Of a DNA stretch of 64,000 nt, positions 12,169 to 26,415 are shown one piece after another. The DNA lies in assembly GCA_030390025.1 (NCBI GenBank), contig CM059438.1:62436001-62500000 (forward strand), in the 5' to 3' direction. The translations under genes and the position numbers were made by a program. Origin of the DNA: Squalus acanthias (taxonomy: Eukaryota). Position 1 is the stretch's first letter, and every line of letters starts with the position of its first letter. The notes beneath the pieces were generated by a model. The model saw only the letters and a program-made list of their open reading frames with translations. It did not search any database and was not told the DNA's origin.

Positions 12169-12876
12169 TACCCTCTGCAATGCACTCTGACCCCTGTGCA
12201 GCACTGATACCCTCTCTGCAATGCACTCTGACCCCTGTGCAGCACTGATACTCTCTCTGCAATGCACTCTGACCCCTGTGCAGCACTGATACTCTCTCTG
12301 CAATGCACTCTGACCCCTGTGCAGCACTGATACTCTCTCTGCAATGCACTCTGACCCCTGTGCAGCACTGATACTCTCTCTGCAATGCACTCTGACCCCT
12401 GTGCAGCACTGATACTCTCTCTGCAATGCACTCTGACCCCTGTGCAGCACTGATACCCTCTCTGCAATGCACTCTGACCCCTGTGCAGCACTGATACCCT
12501 CTCTGCAATGCACTCTGACCCCTGTGCAGCACTGATACCCTCTCTGCAATGCATTCTGACCCCTGTGCAGCACTGATACCCTCTCTGCAATGCACCCTAT
12601 GACCCCTGTGCAGTGCTGATACCCTCTCTGCAATGCATTCTGACCCCTGTGCAGCGCTGATACCCTCTCTGCTATGCACCCTATGACCCCTGTGCAGTGC
12701 CGATACCTTCTCTGCTATGCACCCTATGACCCCTGTGCAGTGCTGATACCCTCTCTGCTATGCACCCTATGACCCCTGTGCAGTGCTGATAGCCTCTCTG
12801 CTATGCATCCTATGACCCCTGTGCAGTGCTGATAGCCTCTCTGCAATGCACCCTATGCCTCCTTTACAGTGCTGAT
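12169..12876. repeat. 41-bp minisatellite, about 17 copies
   Basis: Unit CCCTCTCTGCAATGCACTCTGACCCCTGTGCAGCACTGATA; later units carry a 2-nt-longer CACCCTATGACC variant. Confidence 0.97.
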
Positions 12877-15658
12877 TGTACAGATTCATTTCCCATATTA
12901 CTGCAATGTGATTGCAGCTTGGATTGGTTTGTATCCCTGTCTAATAGCTGTGGGAAGCTTCCGCTGCACAATATTTGCCATGGTTCATGGAATTGCATTT
13001 ACAGTAATTCTGCACCAATAATTATTTATTAACAGCAGAATAATGTTCCTGTTACTGCTATATTTTTACGTAGGCAGGTTGCGTGGAATTCAGCTGCTTG
13101 TTTCTGACCGCAAGAAAATTGACAGCTTCCCAGGCATCATGTGATACTGTGACAGTTATGGTGAACTCATTACATCTGTAACACCTTTCTTTAGGAATTC
13201 ATTTTCCCAGTTATTTTAAAATATTAAAACTGCCATCCCCCCCCCCCCCCCCCAAAAAAAAAAAGCATCAAGGAGTTGTATGCTTCCTTGGACAATGATA
13301 ACATCTTAATTTGGTGGTGCTCACAAGGCTAAGAGAGAGTGCATCTGGTGCCACAGACATTCCAGTCACTAATGTCCTTGCCAGTGTCTGTGGCATTGGT
13401 CCATAGACCAAACGCTTAGTCTAGTATTGGAAATCCATTTTTATGAGTGGTTCCTCTGCTTTGACAGACATTACAAGGTGACTGAACGAAGACTGAGCTT
13501 TCGGGGCTAATGGAGGATGACCTGGTCAAAACATGTGTCGCATGAGAAATGCTTAAGAGTTGGAAATTCTGAAATTGGTCATGTACAGGAAATGGTAGGG
13601 AAACAGAGGACAGATTTATACAGTAAATAGAACAGGTTCCTTTGCATGGCTTTGTATTATGCAATCAGTATGTGCATTGTTATGTTAGTTTTTCATTTTT
13701 TTAATGTTTATTAAGGTGAGGAATGTAAGTGCTGGGAAATTAAAAGCTTTTGCCATTTTGGGCACCTATTGTCAGCACTGAGCACTCCTAGATTGGTGTA
13801 GCACAACAAAGCTTCCTAAGGTGCTTTTGCATTTGGTGCTTCTGAGGTTCATGTCACGGTGTATTGATGTCTGCACTCTGTCTTTCAAATTGCTAAAAGC
13901 AGTTCCCTTTGTCCCACACCAGAATCATAGATTAACAAAAGTGTGGATCCACGATTCTGCTGTCAGCATAAGGGAGCCAGATTTAGCAATACAAAGGTGG
14001 GTGACTCCACGCACGGATGGCACTATCTGTGACCCACATCTGTTGAAGCATCAAATTTAAAAATGCCTTCAATTCAGTCCCAATTTAGCCCTTAAAGGTA
14101 ACTCTGATGGCTCAGGGGGGTTAAGGTAGAAAATAGCTGAACCATACAGACCAAGAAGGTCCAAGATTTGATCCCCAATTGGAGATGACCAAGATGGCAA
14201 TAGAGTCAGTATAATTGACCTCCATACCCAGGTGGTGGAGGGGGAAATGACCCAGGTTTACTGCTCCCATTCAGTATTGGTTGTGGGAAGTGTGTGCGTG
14301 CGCCATTGGGTGAGGACATGATCACATTTGACTTTGCTGCGCCCCCCCCACCCCCCCAAACAATTCAATAGTAGCAACTTTCTAGGCTTGCACATAAAGA
14401 ATAGCCACTTAGGCAAGGAACTGGAGGACACCCTGGCTGTGGAACAGTATGCCAGCAAAGAGTCCATGTCTTAAGAAGAAGGGCCGGGGAGAAAATTGGC
14501 AAGGGAAAAAACCAAAGTGCAACTTTTTATAATTTAAAATAAACCTAACATCTCAATCGTATTCTCTACTGCACCAGCGTGAATATTTCCATTTCCCATA
14601 CCAGTTATCCACTGGCCTCTCTGAATCAACGTGTCAAATTGTGGCAGTTTTATATTGTGGGTCTGCATCCACTGGGAATTGGATTGATGCTGCTCAAACC
14701 CATTTGGCTTTCAGTCCTAGAGCCAGCAGAGCTTGAGTTGGATCCCATCAACATGGGCTGGGATAAAAGCCAGGTTGCAGAGGTCCCCGCACACTGGACC
14801 ACTGTTCTCCTTATTGTGCATTTTTTAGTTCCTCCCTTTCTTACTGTCTTTGTTGTGACTGATTTATTTCTGATGGTACCGCCATGCAATGGATGCCCTT
14901 GATATGTGCAGCCATCATTAAGAAAGTGCTTAGTGCATTATCACATCCTCAGGACATCCCAAAGTGGCAAACATAGCAGCAGGTTTACATACAGTAAATT
15001 CCCACAAACCGTAAATGAGCTTTTCATCTGCTTTTGTTGGCTCAGATAGGAAATGTTGGCCAGGATATCAGGCGAAACATCGGATCTTTTACGTCTGTCT
15101 GAACATCCAAGTGGGCCTTGGCTTATTTAATGTCTCATTTCAAAGACTGCACCTCCAACAATGCAGCATTCCCTCAGCACTGCAGAGTCAGCCCAGATTA
15201 TTTGTTCAAGACCTGGAGTGGGGCTCAAACCCACAACCTTCTGATTCAGAGGCGAGAAGTTCTCATTAGTCCAGAACTAATTTAGAAGTGCAGCACTAAT
15301 GGATGTGAAATAACTTTAGATGTCACACTGAAAATGCTGCTGCTACTGAACTGGTTACAATATACTTTGATGATCCTATTAAGTGATAACATCCATTATT
15401 AACGGGTTTAACATGGGTTATCCGTTAATCAAACCCACAGCTGAACACAGAGTTCTGCAGAAAACGATAACCTTGCATCTGAATACTGAATGGCATTTAA
15501 CTTTAAACTGTGCTCTGTGGAACACCACTACTTTCTGTGACTTTGTGATGAATGCTGTAGTAATGTATAGCAAGCAGCCAGGACAAGAAGGCAGTCTGTG
15601 CTGATGAAATAAGGAGGAAGAGAGTTGGAAGTTGGTTGCATGTTTTGTGGAAGATAAT

Positions 15659-16327
15659 GGGGTAAGAAATCAAGATGCCTTGTGCCTGTTTTTTGGGTGT
15701 AAAATGGGCGCACAGTATACCAATTTCGCAGTGGCATGGCCTGCGCCCAATCTGCGCAAGCGTTGGTCCCACTGCTAAATTGGTGGAGCCCATTTTTCAG
15801 GCGTTCCGGCAGCCGTCTAAAACCGGCGTTGGGCCCCTTGAATATGTTAATCAGGGGCCTAACACCTGTTGAAGGACCCCTTCCCGAAACTGGGCTGTCA
15901 TGAGCTCAGCCGGCAACAGGCCAGCAAAAATCTAATACGATAGCAAAATACTGCAGATGCTGGAAATCCGAAATAACAACAGAAAACGCTGGAAAAACTC
16001 AGCAGGCGAGGCAGCATCCGTGGAGAGAGAAACAAGTTTCTCTTTCAAAAATTTCTTATCTCAATGCGGAGCCAGGAGGAGCAGGATCCACAGGTGTCCT
16101 GAAGACTGATGTCAGCCTCTGTTCACCTCCCTTCTCCAGGACCTACCTGAGAGCCACTGTCAGCTGCCCACAAGTGCTGTCAGCTTCGCCAGTGAGCTGC
16201 CTAGGGGGAGACACGGCGGTAATTTAAATGAGGTCCAAGGTCCAATTTGAATCTGGCCTACCTGTGCAGGGATTGCTCCCTGCACCCAGTTCATGCCGGC
16301 AGGCCGGCGCTATCCAATTTCTATCCC
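15659..16327. mobile_element. Degenerate Harbinger-like non-autonomous element
   Basis: Imperfect termini GGGGTAAGAAAT...ATTTCTATCCC, GC-rich subterminal gcgcc motifs. Confidence 0.45.
15932..16043 (-). mobile_element. Short Penelope-like family A terminal fragment with terminal fold-back
   Basis: Near-identical to the reverse complement of 37045-37144; ends in AGAGAAAC-AA-GTTTCTCT hairpin. Confidence 0.8.
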
Positions 16328-18227
16328 GACATACTTGCACTTTTTTTGTTGTTGATTAAATTAGCTTCCCTTATTCTTCTTTCTCCTGAAGACAGTGACT
16401 AATTCTGGGGTACAACTCTCCAGCACTGGCAACCCTTCAATAGCCCAGCCGAGTGTTTTTTCTTCATACGAGTCTGGTTAACAAGTGGTGCAGGGCATCA
16501 CAGCTGAGCCCAATCCTGTTCAGTAGGACTTGCAGTAGTGATTATTGGATATCAATCAGGAGCCGGAATCCTCGCTGGCTTTTCCTCTCCCTAGCCTGGG
16601 AACACTGACCAAGGGTAGCACTCCCACCTCTGCCTCGACTAAGCTCAAGCTAACTGACTCTCTCTCCTGTTAACTAACAACAATAATTTGCATTTATATA
16701 GCACCTTTAATATAAAGAAACATCCCGAGGCCCTTGACAAATAGGCAATAGGAAATGGACACTGAGCCAGAAAGAGAGAGGAATCTTGTGTAATTGTGTT
16801 TGGAATCCGAACTCACTGTGGGGGAATCTTGCGCACAAATCCGATCAAAAGAGGTAATGTTACTGATGACTCTGGCACTGATTAGACCCCATGTAGAATA
16901 TTGTGTCCGTATTGGTCACCGTACCTTGAGGAGGGTATTATTGCCCTTGAGTGGGTATGGTGTAGAACAACAAAGATGATGTCAGGACTCCAGAATCCAA
17001 GTTACTTTTTTTGTGTGGAAAAAAATTCAGCCTTTCACTAATTTGAATCTATGTCCCTTTGTTCTGCAGCCTACCTTGAAGCAGTGTTCTAGATTTGTCT
17101 TTTGCTACACTGCTTAATATCTTCAATATTTCTATAAGATCCCCCTCTCCTTTAATCACCACCGAGCAAGGCTAAAGAGCTTTGAGGTAATAAGTTTTCA
17201 AACTTTTGAATGGGATTGAGGTCAATGCAGAAAATTGATCTCATTGATGATGAATTCAGAAACTAGAGGAGGTAATTCAAAAATTAATAAGTAGGACATT
17301 CAGGCAGAGCTATTTCACACAAAGGAAGGAAATGATATGTTTGAATGGTTGAACTATGGGGTTATTTGCAATACTCCAACTCAAGTGAGTGATTGAATGT
17401 GACAGAAGGTAATTGGTTTCACGCAGAGGGATTGCTCCTGAGTGATAGCTGTATTTGAGGAGTTTTATTGATGCTAACAATTGTGTTGATGTGACATTTT
17501 AAAACAAAATCTTCTAATTTGTACATAGGACTAAATCCAAACAGAAGCTGAAAAAAACAATATGCGTTGGTTCGGTACCGTGTATTCTTTGCAGTCTGCA
17601 TACTGCGATACTGTGCGAGTCACCTTTTAGGGTAGATGAGGTCGAATCATTTCCTTCATTTCCCTCCTTGTGGGTTTGTCAATTCCATGCTGCTACTTTC
17701 AGTTGGGAACATAGGAACAGGCCATTCAGCCCCGAGAGCCTGCTCCGCCATTCAATTAGATCATGGCTGATCGAGACTTCAACTTAGTCAGTTCAAAATA
17801 TTACTTTTTTACAATTTTCTTCCTCCCTCTCCTATAGGCATTCTCCAGTATCTTGTCCAGGCGAGCCCACACAGTGATTGTTGAGAGATTAGTTGACTGG
17901 GGTGGGAGAATCACAATAGAGCCCACACATGCAGTTTCCAGTAGGAGTCATATGATAGCAATCGTAAGTAGGAAAGCCTGGATGATTTTTATTTCCCCCC
18001 GGGGTGCTGAGGTTAATTGTCGTGGTCCTTCTGCCACTCTAATTGAGATCATCCAACTGAACACAGGCCTGGGAGGAAAGCCGGGGACCTTTTATCCCTC
18101 GCACTTCCGTAACTAGCTAAGCCATCAGGGAAGCCTACTATGTTCTCAGATGCAGCCTACATACCTGGTGCTATGTATGCCCTGCAAAAGTCTAATCTGG
18201 TAGTAATTATGGGAAGTTGTGCACAGA

Positions 18228-18588
18228 AAGAAAGAAAGACTTGCATTTATACAGCGCTTTTCACAACCTCAGGACGTCCCAAAGCGCTTTACAGCCAATG
18301 AAATACCTTTGAAGTGGAGTCACTGTTGTAATGTGGGAAACGTGGCAGCCAATTTGCACACAGCCAGGTCCCACAAACAGCAATATGATAATGACCAGAT
18401 AATCTGTTTTTGTTACGTTGATTGAGGGATAAATATTGGCCAGGACACCGGGGATAGCTCCCCTGCTGTTCTTCGAAATAGTGCCATGGGATCTTTTACA
18501 TCCACCGGAGAACAGACGGGGCCTCGGTTTAACATCTCATCCAAAAGACGGCACCTCCAGCAGTGCTGCATTCCCTCAGCACTGCACT
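18228..18588 (-). mobile_element. SacSINE1-type SINE
   Basis: Reverse-complement match to the other copies. Confidence 0.82.
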
Positions 18589-20994
18589 AGAACATCTAGA
18601 ACTATAGAAGTCTACAACACAGAAGGAGGCCATCCACCCATCCTGTCTAGGGTGGCTCATTTTAGAGCAATCGGAAACTAATCCCACTGCCCTGCTGACT
18701 CAAGTAACCCTGTAGCTTCCTCTGCTTCAAATTTTCATCTATTTTCTCTTAAAAGATACGATGGTCTATTGCCTCAACTACTCCCTGTGACACAGTATTC
18801 CATGCTCCAACGACCCTCTGCATAAATATCTCCTAACTCCCCTCTCATTCTCTTAATGTCAATTTTAAATTGATGACTCCTCGTCACCTACTCCCCAATA
18901 TCAAAACCCTTCATAGTTTTAAAAACCTCTATTAAATCTGCTCTTGGCCTGCTCTGCTCTTGTAGAAATAGTCCCAATATCTGAAGTCTGATTAGGTGTA
19001 AAAGTCTGTCCAATGAAATAGTTGGAATCAAAATCCAATTATCTGAATGGGTAAAAGCTTCACCTCCAGATTCAGCTGTTGCATAGTATGATGCCACTCT
19101 TTGACTCTGTCTAATCAGTGGAAACAGAGGTCCAGGTCCATGTCTGACTCAAAGTGGAACATTCCACTGATGTAAGATTCAGAACACAACTATCAAACTG
19201 AGCAGCAGTAAAACTAACATCTGTGACGGGCAAATTCTTTGACTTCTGGTTCTGATGCACTTGGCTGCTCTTGCTAAACTATTTCTTGTATTTGAAAAAA
19301 GAAAAGAAGTCACTGGCTCCTAAGATGGCTTAGTGGGTATGGCATTGAGCCAGTTAGACCCTGGTAATTGCTGAATTAGCTGATCTCGGCTGGGATGATG
19401 GTGGGTACAGTATAGTTCAGCCAATCCTCCCCCAGCAAGGGAGGAAGTCGGCTAAGGTTTCTGCTCCCTGAGCACCATCTGGTGAGGTCTGCAGTAAACC
19501 GCAGTGTGCCGTGGATGTCAGATATGCACACCATTGGTTTTGACTGTGACGTTGCCCATGGTCAGGAATCATAGAAACATAGAAGATAGGAGCAGGAGTA
19601 GGCCATTCGGCCCCTCGAGCCTGCTCCGCCATTTAATGAGATCATGGCTGATCATCCAAATTCAGTACCCTGTCCCTGCTTTCTCCCCATATCCCTTGAT
19701 CCCTTTACCCAGAGAGAGGCAGAGTCCCAGAGAGAGGCAGAGTCCCAGAATGTCGAGGCTCACACGTGAAGAATAGCTACCTGAGTGAGGTAGCAGTATG
19801 CTGGCAGCTCTGGTAGAAGATGACCCAGCTCCATTCAGATAGGGAGAAAAGGGAAGAAAATTAAAAAGACAGAGGGTGAATGATCATGTGAATTTTTGTA
19901 CATTTAGTATAGAGTGAAATTATGATCATTTCAAAATATTTATTAGAAAGCAATGAGATGAGACAATTTAATGCCCTTCACAGCATGTGCCATGATCCTC
20001 TTATATTCTAAAATTGCTTGTTCCAGTCGGAGTTTATTCCCCCGGTTTAAGCAAACCCTATTCTAAGAAGGTCCCAGGTTCTCAATCTCGTTACTTACCA
20101 GGTGTTCCCAGCAGCCGGCTTTAGCAAAACTTGGTAAGTTTAGTCTGGGGTTGCCAAGTGTAGGGAGGTGGTGGAACATCTGACTGAACCCAATATGAAA
20201 TCGGCTTTAATTAGGTTGCCAGTAGGCAAGGTACCAGAGGGTGGCAGCTCCTGCCTTTTGTGCAACCTTACCATATTATAAGTTCTGCCTTGAAAAGAAG
20301 ATGGTTAAGAGGAGAAAACTAGCGAGGGAAGGGATAAAAATGAAATAAAACCAGAAAATACTGGTAACACTCAGCAGATCAAGTAGTATCTGTGGGTAAA
20401 AATAAAAGCCTGCTTAATAAGCTCAGCCTGGTATTAACTTGCACTGCAGCCATTTCTGGTGGATTCAAATGGCAAAAGGTTGATTAACATCAGCAGCTTC
20501 ACTGGGATGTGTGTGCTTTGCATTTCTTAATTTCACTGGAATTAGTTAGATCCTTTTTTCACTTCCAAGGTGCCACCGTGACTTAATGTTGCAGTGACAA
20601 ACTGCTGTAGTTATTTCATTAAATCGGTTTCATTGGTGACTTAATTTGGGGGTTTTCTTTAAAAAGGAAAATTCAAATCCTTCACAAAATTAAGTGATTA
20701 GACTGTTTGTTACACGCCAGTGTTGACAATGTGTACAAATAGAAAATATTGGTAGACTTCAAAGCTAGTATTAATTTGGATCAAACTTTTATATGTACAT
20801 GATGTGAATTCCTGTCACTCAACTCTGAATGAATATTTTGGCACATTTAGCACATAAAATAATATTCATATTCACTCTGAATTTTAATGCTTCAATTCAG
20901 TTGGGAGTTGGCATTTGATGTATCGATAGTATTAATTCACAGTACCTGGGCATTAGTGATGGATAGCAGGGTTGCATTGCCTTTGCATCTCAAG

Positions 20995-23900
20995 AACAAC
21001 AACAACAATTTGTATTTATATAACGCCTTTAACGTAGTAAAACACCCCAAGGCGCTTCACGGGAGTGTTACCAGACAAAATGTGACCGAGCCATATAAGA
21101 AGATATTAGGACATGTGACCGAAAGCTTGGTCAATGAGGTAGGTTTTAAGGAGCGTCTTAAAGGAGGAAAGAGAGGCAGAGAGGTTTAGGCAGGGAATTC
21201 CAGAGCTTAGGGCCTAGGCAACAGAAGGCACGGCCACCAAAGGTTGAGCGATTATAATCAGGGATGCTCAAGAGGGCAGAATTAGAGGAGCGCAGATATC
21301 TCGTGGCGGGGAGGGGGGGGGAGGTTGTGGGACTGAAGGAGATTACAGAGATGAGGAGGGGTGAAGCCATGGAGGGATTTGAAAACAAGGTTGAGAATTT
21401 TGAAACTGAAGCGTTGCTTAACCGGGAGCCAATGTAGGTCAGCGAGCACAGGGGTGATGGGTGAACGGGACTTGGTGCGAGTTAGGACACAGGCAGCCGA
21501 GTTTTGGATGACCTCAAGTTTACATAGGGTGGAATGTGGGAGGCCAGCCAGGAGTGCGTTCGAATAGTCAAGTCTAGAGGTAACAAAGGCATGGATGAGG
21601 GTCTCAGCAGCGGATGAGCTGAGGCAACGGCAGAGACGGGCGATGTTACGGAGGTGGAAGTAGGCGGTCTTAGTTATGCTACGGATATGTGGTCGGAAGC
21701 TCATTTCAGGGTCAGATATGACACCAAGGTTGCGAACAGTGTGGTTCAGCATCAGACAGATGTTAGGGAGAGGGATGGAGTCAGTGCCTAGGGAACGGAA
21801 TTTGTGGTGGGGATCGAAAACAATTGCATCTGTCGTCCCTATAGTTAGTTAGAGGAAATTTCTGCTCATCCAGAACTGGATGTCGGACAAGCAGTCTGAC
21901 AATTTAGAGACCGTGGAGGGGTCGAGAGAAGTTGGAGTGAGCTAGAGCTGGGTGTTGTCAGCGTACATGTGGGTCAGCGTACATGTGGAAACTGACGCTG
22001 TGTTTTCGGATGATGTCGCCAAGCGGCAACATGTAGATGGCAAAATAGGAGGGGGCCAAGAATAGATCCTTGGAGGACACCAGAGGTAATGATGCGGGAG
22101 CAGGAAGAGAAGGCATTGCAGGTGATTCTCTGGCTACGGTTCGATAGATAAGAATGGAACCAGGCAAGTGCAGTCCCACCCAGCTAGATGACGGTGGAGA
22201 GGCGTTGGAGAAGGATGGAGTGGTCAACCGTGTCAAAGGCTGCAGACAAGTCAAGAAGGACGAGGAGCGATAGATTACCTTTGTCACAGTCACAAAGGAT
22301 GTAATTTGTGACTTTGATGTGAGCCGTTTCGGTACTGTGGCAAGGGCGGAAACCTGATTGGAGGGATTCAAACATGGAATAGCGGGAAAGATGGGCACGG
22401 ATTTGGGAGGCCACAACACGTTCAAGGACTTTGGAGAGGAAAGGGAGGTTGGGGCGGTAGTTTGCAAGGACGGAGGGGTCAAGGGTTGTTTTTTTGAGGA
22501 GAGGGGTGATGACGGCAGATTTAAGGGAGAGGGGGACAGTACCTGAGGAGAAAGAACCGTTAACAATATCAGCTAACATGGGAGCCAGAAAAGGAAGTTG
22601 GGTGGTCAGCAGTTTGGTGGGAATAGGGTTGAGGGAGCAGGAAGTGGGTCTCATGGACAAGATGAGCGCGGAGAGGTCCTGAGGTGAGATCGGAGAGAAG
22701 CTGGAGAAAGATGTGAGTTCAGGGCTAGGGCAGGGGGAACCTTAGACGAAGTTTGGCCGGTGGGCTAGGGGGAGGAAGGGAAGTGGCAGAGGCAGCTGAT
22801 CGGATGGTCTCAATCTTAGAGACAAAGAAGTCCATGAATTCCTCACCCTTGTTGTTGGAGGTGAGGGTGGAGGAGACGGGAGAAGGGTTTAAGAAGACGG
22901 TTAGCAGTGGAGAATAGAAACCGGGGTTTATCTTTGCATTCCAGAATGATTCTGGAATAGTGAACAATTTTGGCTGATGAGAGCAGGACCCGATAATGCT
23001 TTATGTGGTCCAGCCAGATCTGGTGGTGAATGGCTAAACCAGTTGTCCGTCATATCCGTTCAAGTCTGTGCGTCCCTTGGACTTAAGGGAGCGAAGATGA
23101 GAGCCGTACCAGGGGGAACGGCCAGGGTGAGAGAGAGTAATTGTTTTAATAGGGACTAGGGCATCAAAGGTGGTGGTGAGGGTGTGGTTGAGCAGATTGG
23201 TAGCTGCAGAAATGTCATGGTGAATGGAGGGTCAGAGGGACAGTTTAGATTTCATAAGTGCAGTTGTAAGAGAGTTTGGAGAGAATTTTTTCCAGGGTCG
23301 GACACAGAAGGAAGTAGGGTTGGGGGGCGGTGGAAGGGGGATGTGGGTGGAGAGCGATATGAGGAAGTGGTCAAAGATGGCCCTATCTGCGATTGATACG
23401 ATGGGAGTAGCGAGGCCATGAGAGATGGCAAGGTCGAGGGGGTGGCCTTGAATATGGGTTGGGGAGTTTACATAGAGGGAGAGATTAAGGAAGGATAGGA
23501 GGCTAGTGAACTCAGAGGAGAGAGAGCATGATGAATTGAGATGGAGGTTGAAATCACCGAGGATGAGAAGTCGTTCAGAGCAGAGGCTGAGGCAGTGAAG
23601 ATATCTCGGTAATAAACTTTTTATGGTACTTGGGTGGGCGGTAGAGAACGAGAATTTTAAATGAGAGGTGAGAGGGGTGGAATAAGGTGAGATGCTCAAA
23701 GGAGGAGAAAGTGCCAGAGGAGTAGGGGGACAGACCAAGGTGTGATTTGGTGATGAGAGCCACACTGTCACCACGGCGGTCTGAGCAGGGCAAGTGACGG
23801 AAGGTATAGCCAGGCGGGGAGGCTTCATTTAAGGGTAAGGTGTCATCACCCCTCAACCAAGTTTCCGTCAGGGCCATGATGTCAATGCAATCATCCACAA

Positions 23901-24160
23901 TAAGCTCATGGATGGCAAGGGCCTTGTTCACAAGTGAATGGACATTCTGGAGGGAGATGCAGAGAGGGTCGGTGATGGCTGCCCCACTGCCAGCGTCCAC
24001 AGGGTCTGCGCTGGGTGGGATGAGTTGAATGGGGAGGAGATTGGCAAGATTTGCTCCCAGTGGGCTCGCTGGGCAGGAAGGTCGGCGAGAGAGTAGGATG
24101 GGACAGTTGGGGTTGCTGCTCGTAAGGAGGCAGCGACAAGTGCCTCTCAACACGTCACTG
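20995..24160 (-). mobile_element. L2-clade LINE remnant (APE endonuclease + RT, frameshifted)
   Basis: Fragments ALTETWL, LYRPPK, ILGDFNLH, QSGFRPCHSTET, LLDLSAAFDTVDH, HMYAD, AFVTSRLDYSNALLAG, LHWLP; (AAC)n tail. Confidence 0.92.
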
Positions 24161-26032
24161 TATGGTGTGGCTCACAGTAATATGGAGAGCACAATGTCCG
24201 CAGATTCCATTCTGTCTTTGCTACTTATCCTCCAATCTTTTCCCCTTATCTGTATTGTGTGGGGAAAAATAAACTTCTTGTGCGTAGCTGAGGTTGAACA
24301 AGCGCCATTACTCAACTGTAAAATTGATATTTTGGAGTTTTACATTTGAAAACATTCTGGCAGCTAGATAAATACAGAATTAAAACTTGAAACAGTTCTG
24401 ATTTCTGATGTTTCATAAGCACTGTATCGCACTTTGAGTGATTCAGTTGAATACTAAAGGCAAAATCTACAGTACTGACTGAAGAGCTGAAACCTCACTC
24501 AGACAAATTAGTTCAAATAAAAGTTTGCCTGTTTGAATATTACAATGTATATTTAATATTTCAAAAGTAATGCTGACTGCTACTTCATACCCTCTCAAAA
24601 AAAAAAAGATGTGACCATCAGACTAGCTCTCTGTATTGGCCTTTGACCTTCACATGGTGGTACTCAGAGTGAGCACTAGAGTGCATTGTTTAATAGCCAG
24701 TGCAGCAATACACTGACCAGGCGATCCTGCCTTTTATGTTTCCTCTCATTCCGACCTCCTGAAGGGAATTTACATTTGTTCAAATGAGATATAATAGGAT
24801 CTGTTTCCTCATACGTACAGTACAGACTGCAGGAAAATTCATGGCTGCAACGAGAACTGTTCCCATGATAAGAATTTCTTTTTGGTTTTAACTGGCTTGT
24901 AATGTCAGTAAAAATTGGATTTTTATGTTGCGTAACTCATCACAATACACAAAAATGTTCTTTAAAGTTACAGATACATGCATTCAATTTGTGCGTTTAT
25001 TAGGCACTGTTTACATTAGACATGCATGTGCCAGCTATCGGATTTCTTTGATGTATTTAATTTAATGAGCCAGTCGTGATGTGATGATAAAGCAGTCAAC
25101 TGCATGCATTTCACTTTCTCTGAACAGCTTCTATCACAAAGCCCACAGAGAAGTCAGCACTGAAAAGGAACAGAATTGGTTCTGTTTATACTGGCAGTCA
25201 GGAGCCCATTACAGGCATCTCAGCGGGCATGATGATAGTGGTGGGTGGAAGGTACGCAGTTAGCCTCAGTGTCCCTGCTGTTCGCCAGTATAGCACTAGC
25301 AGCAAACCTGTAAAGTGAAAGGCTTGATGCACGACCTCATCATCAGAACAGAAGAAAACTAAACCGATCAGATGGCCTCTCAAGTACAGCCTGTAAATTC
25401 AGTGATTGTCCTTTCAGTAACTAACATATCCCAAAATATTCCCTAAAGACTGTCTCTCCTCTTCTACACGGAATGCCCACTATTGGTTCCTCTTTTGAAA
25501 TTAAATTAAGGAATACCTAAAGCACAGCTACACAAACCTTGATCTAAATGAACTCAAATTACAGTGTAAACAACAAGAATACAGATTGGAGAATTGGTGC
25601 AGAGGTCAGCCAGTACCTGATTCATGGTGCTTCCCCATTTACTGTCCATTAAAATTAATCACCAGAAAATTCGGAGTGCTGCGAATTGGGAGCAGTGACC
25701 TCTGCACCCAGTTCTCCCACCTACATTCCCATGGGAGTGGGGTTTCGCAGAGTTTATCCTTGGATGTTCTGCAGTGTTCTGAATAGTGATGTTCATGCAG
25801 ATTCTGTCTGGTGATGCAGGTCGTAGATCCAGTAATAGTCTGAATGGAGGAATGTTGGATAGACTTTCTGGCTACCTTTTGTATAAAGTGGTGAATATCC
25901 TGCCAATTCTGCAGGATCCTGTTTGTAATTTCACTGCAACGTAAACCCAATCACAAATACTGACCCAACAGGGACTCTGGCTGTAGCCGTGATGTAGGGT
26001 AACAACAGCAACAACTTGCATTGATACAGCGC

Positions 26033-26415
26033 CATTCCAGAGACTTGAGCATGTCATCTCGGCTGGCACCCAAGTGCAGTACTGAAGGAGTGCTGTACTG
26101 TAGGAGGCGCTATCTTTCGGATGAGACGTTAAACCAAGGCCCGTCTGCCCCCTCAGATGGATGTAAAAGATCCCATGCCACTATTCAAAGAAGAGCAGGG
26201 GAGTTCTCCTGATGTCCTTTCCAACGGTCATCCCTCAATAACATCACTCAAACCGTTTAATTAGTGATTTATCTCATGGCTGTTTGTGGGACCTTGCTGT
26301 GCACAAATTGGTTTTCACATTTCCCTACATTACAACTGTGATTACACTTCAAAAGTACTTCATTGGCTGTGGAGCTCTTTGGGATATTGTGAAAGGTGCT
26401 ACATAAATGCAAGGT
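26033..26415 (+). mobile_element. SacSINE1-type SINE, partial
   Basis: Deu-type core and tail. Confidence 0.78.

Noticed and set aside
12083..12679. Three Cys/His-rich repeat ORFs, or a CRISPR-like array
   Set aside because: Translation of a 41-bp tandem repeat; no unique spacers; eukaryotic context
25128..25251. Candidate NPDC1 exon 2 (contains ALKRNR, ag/gt bounded)
   Set aside because: No cysteines, and 124 nt (phase 1-2) would frameshift the next exon
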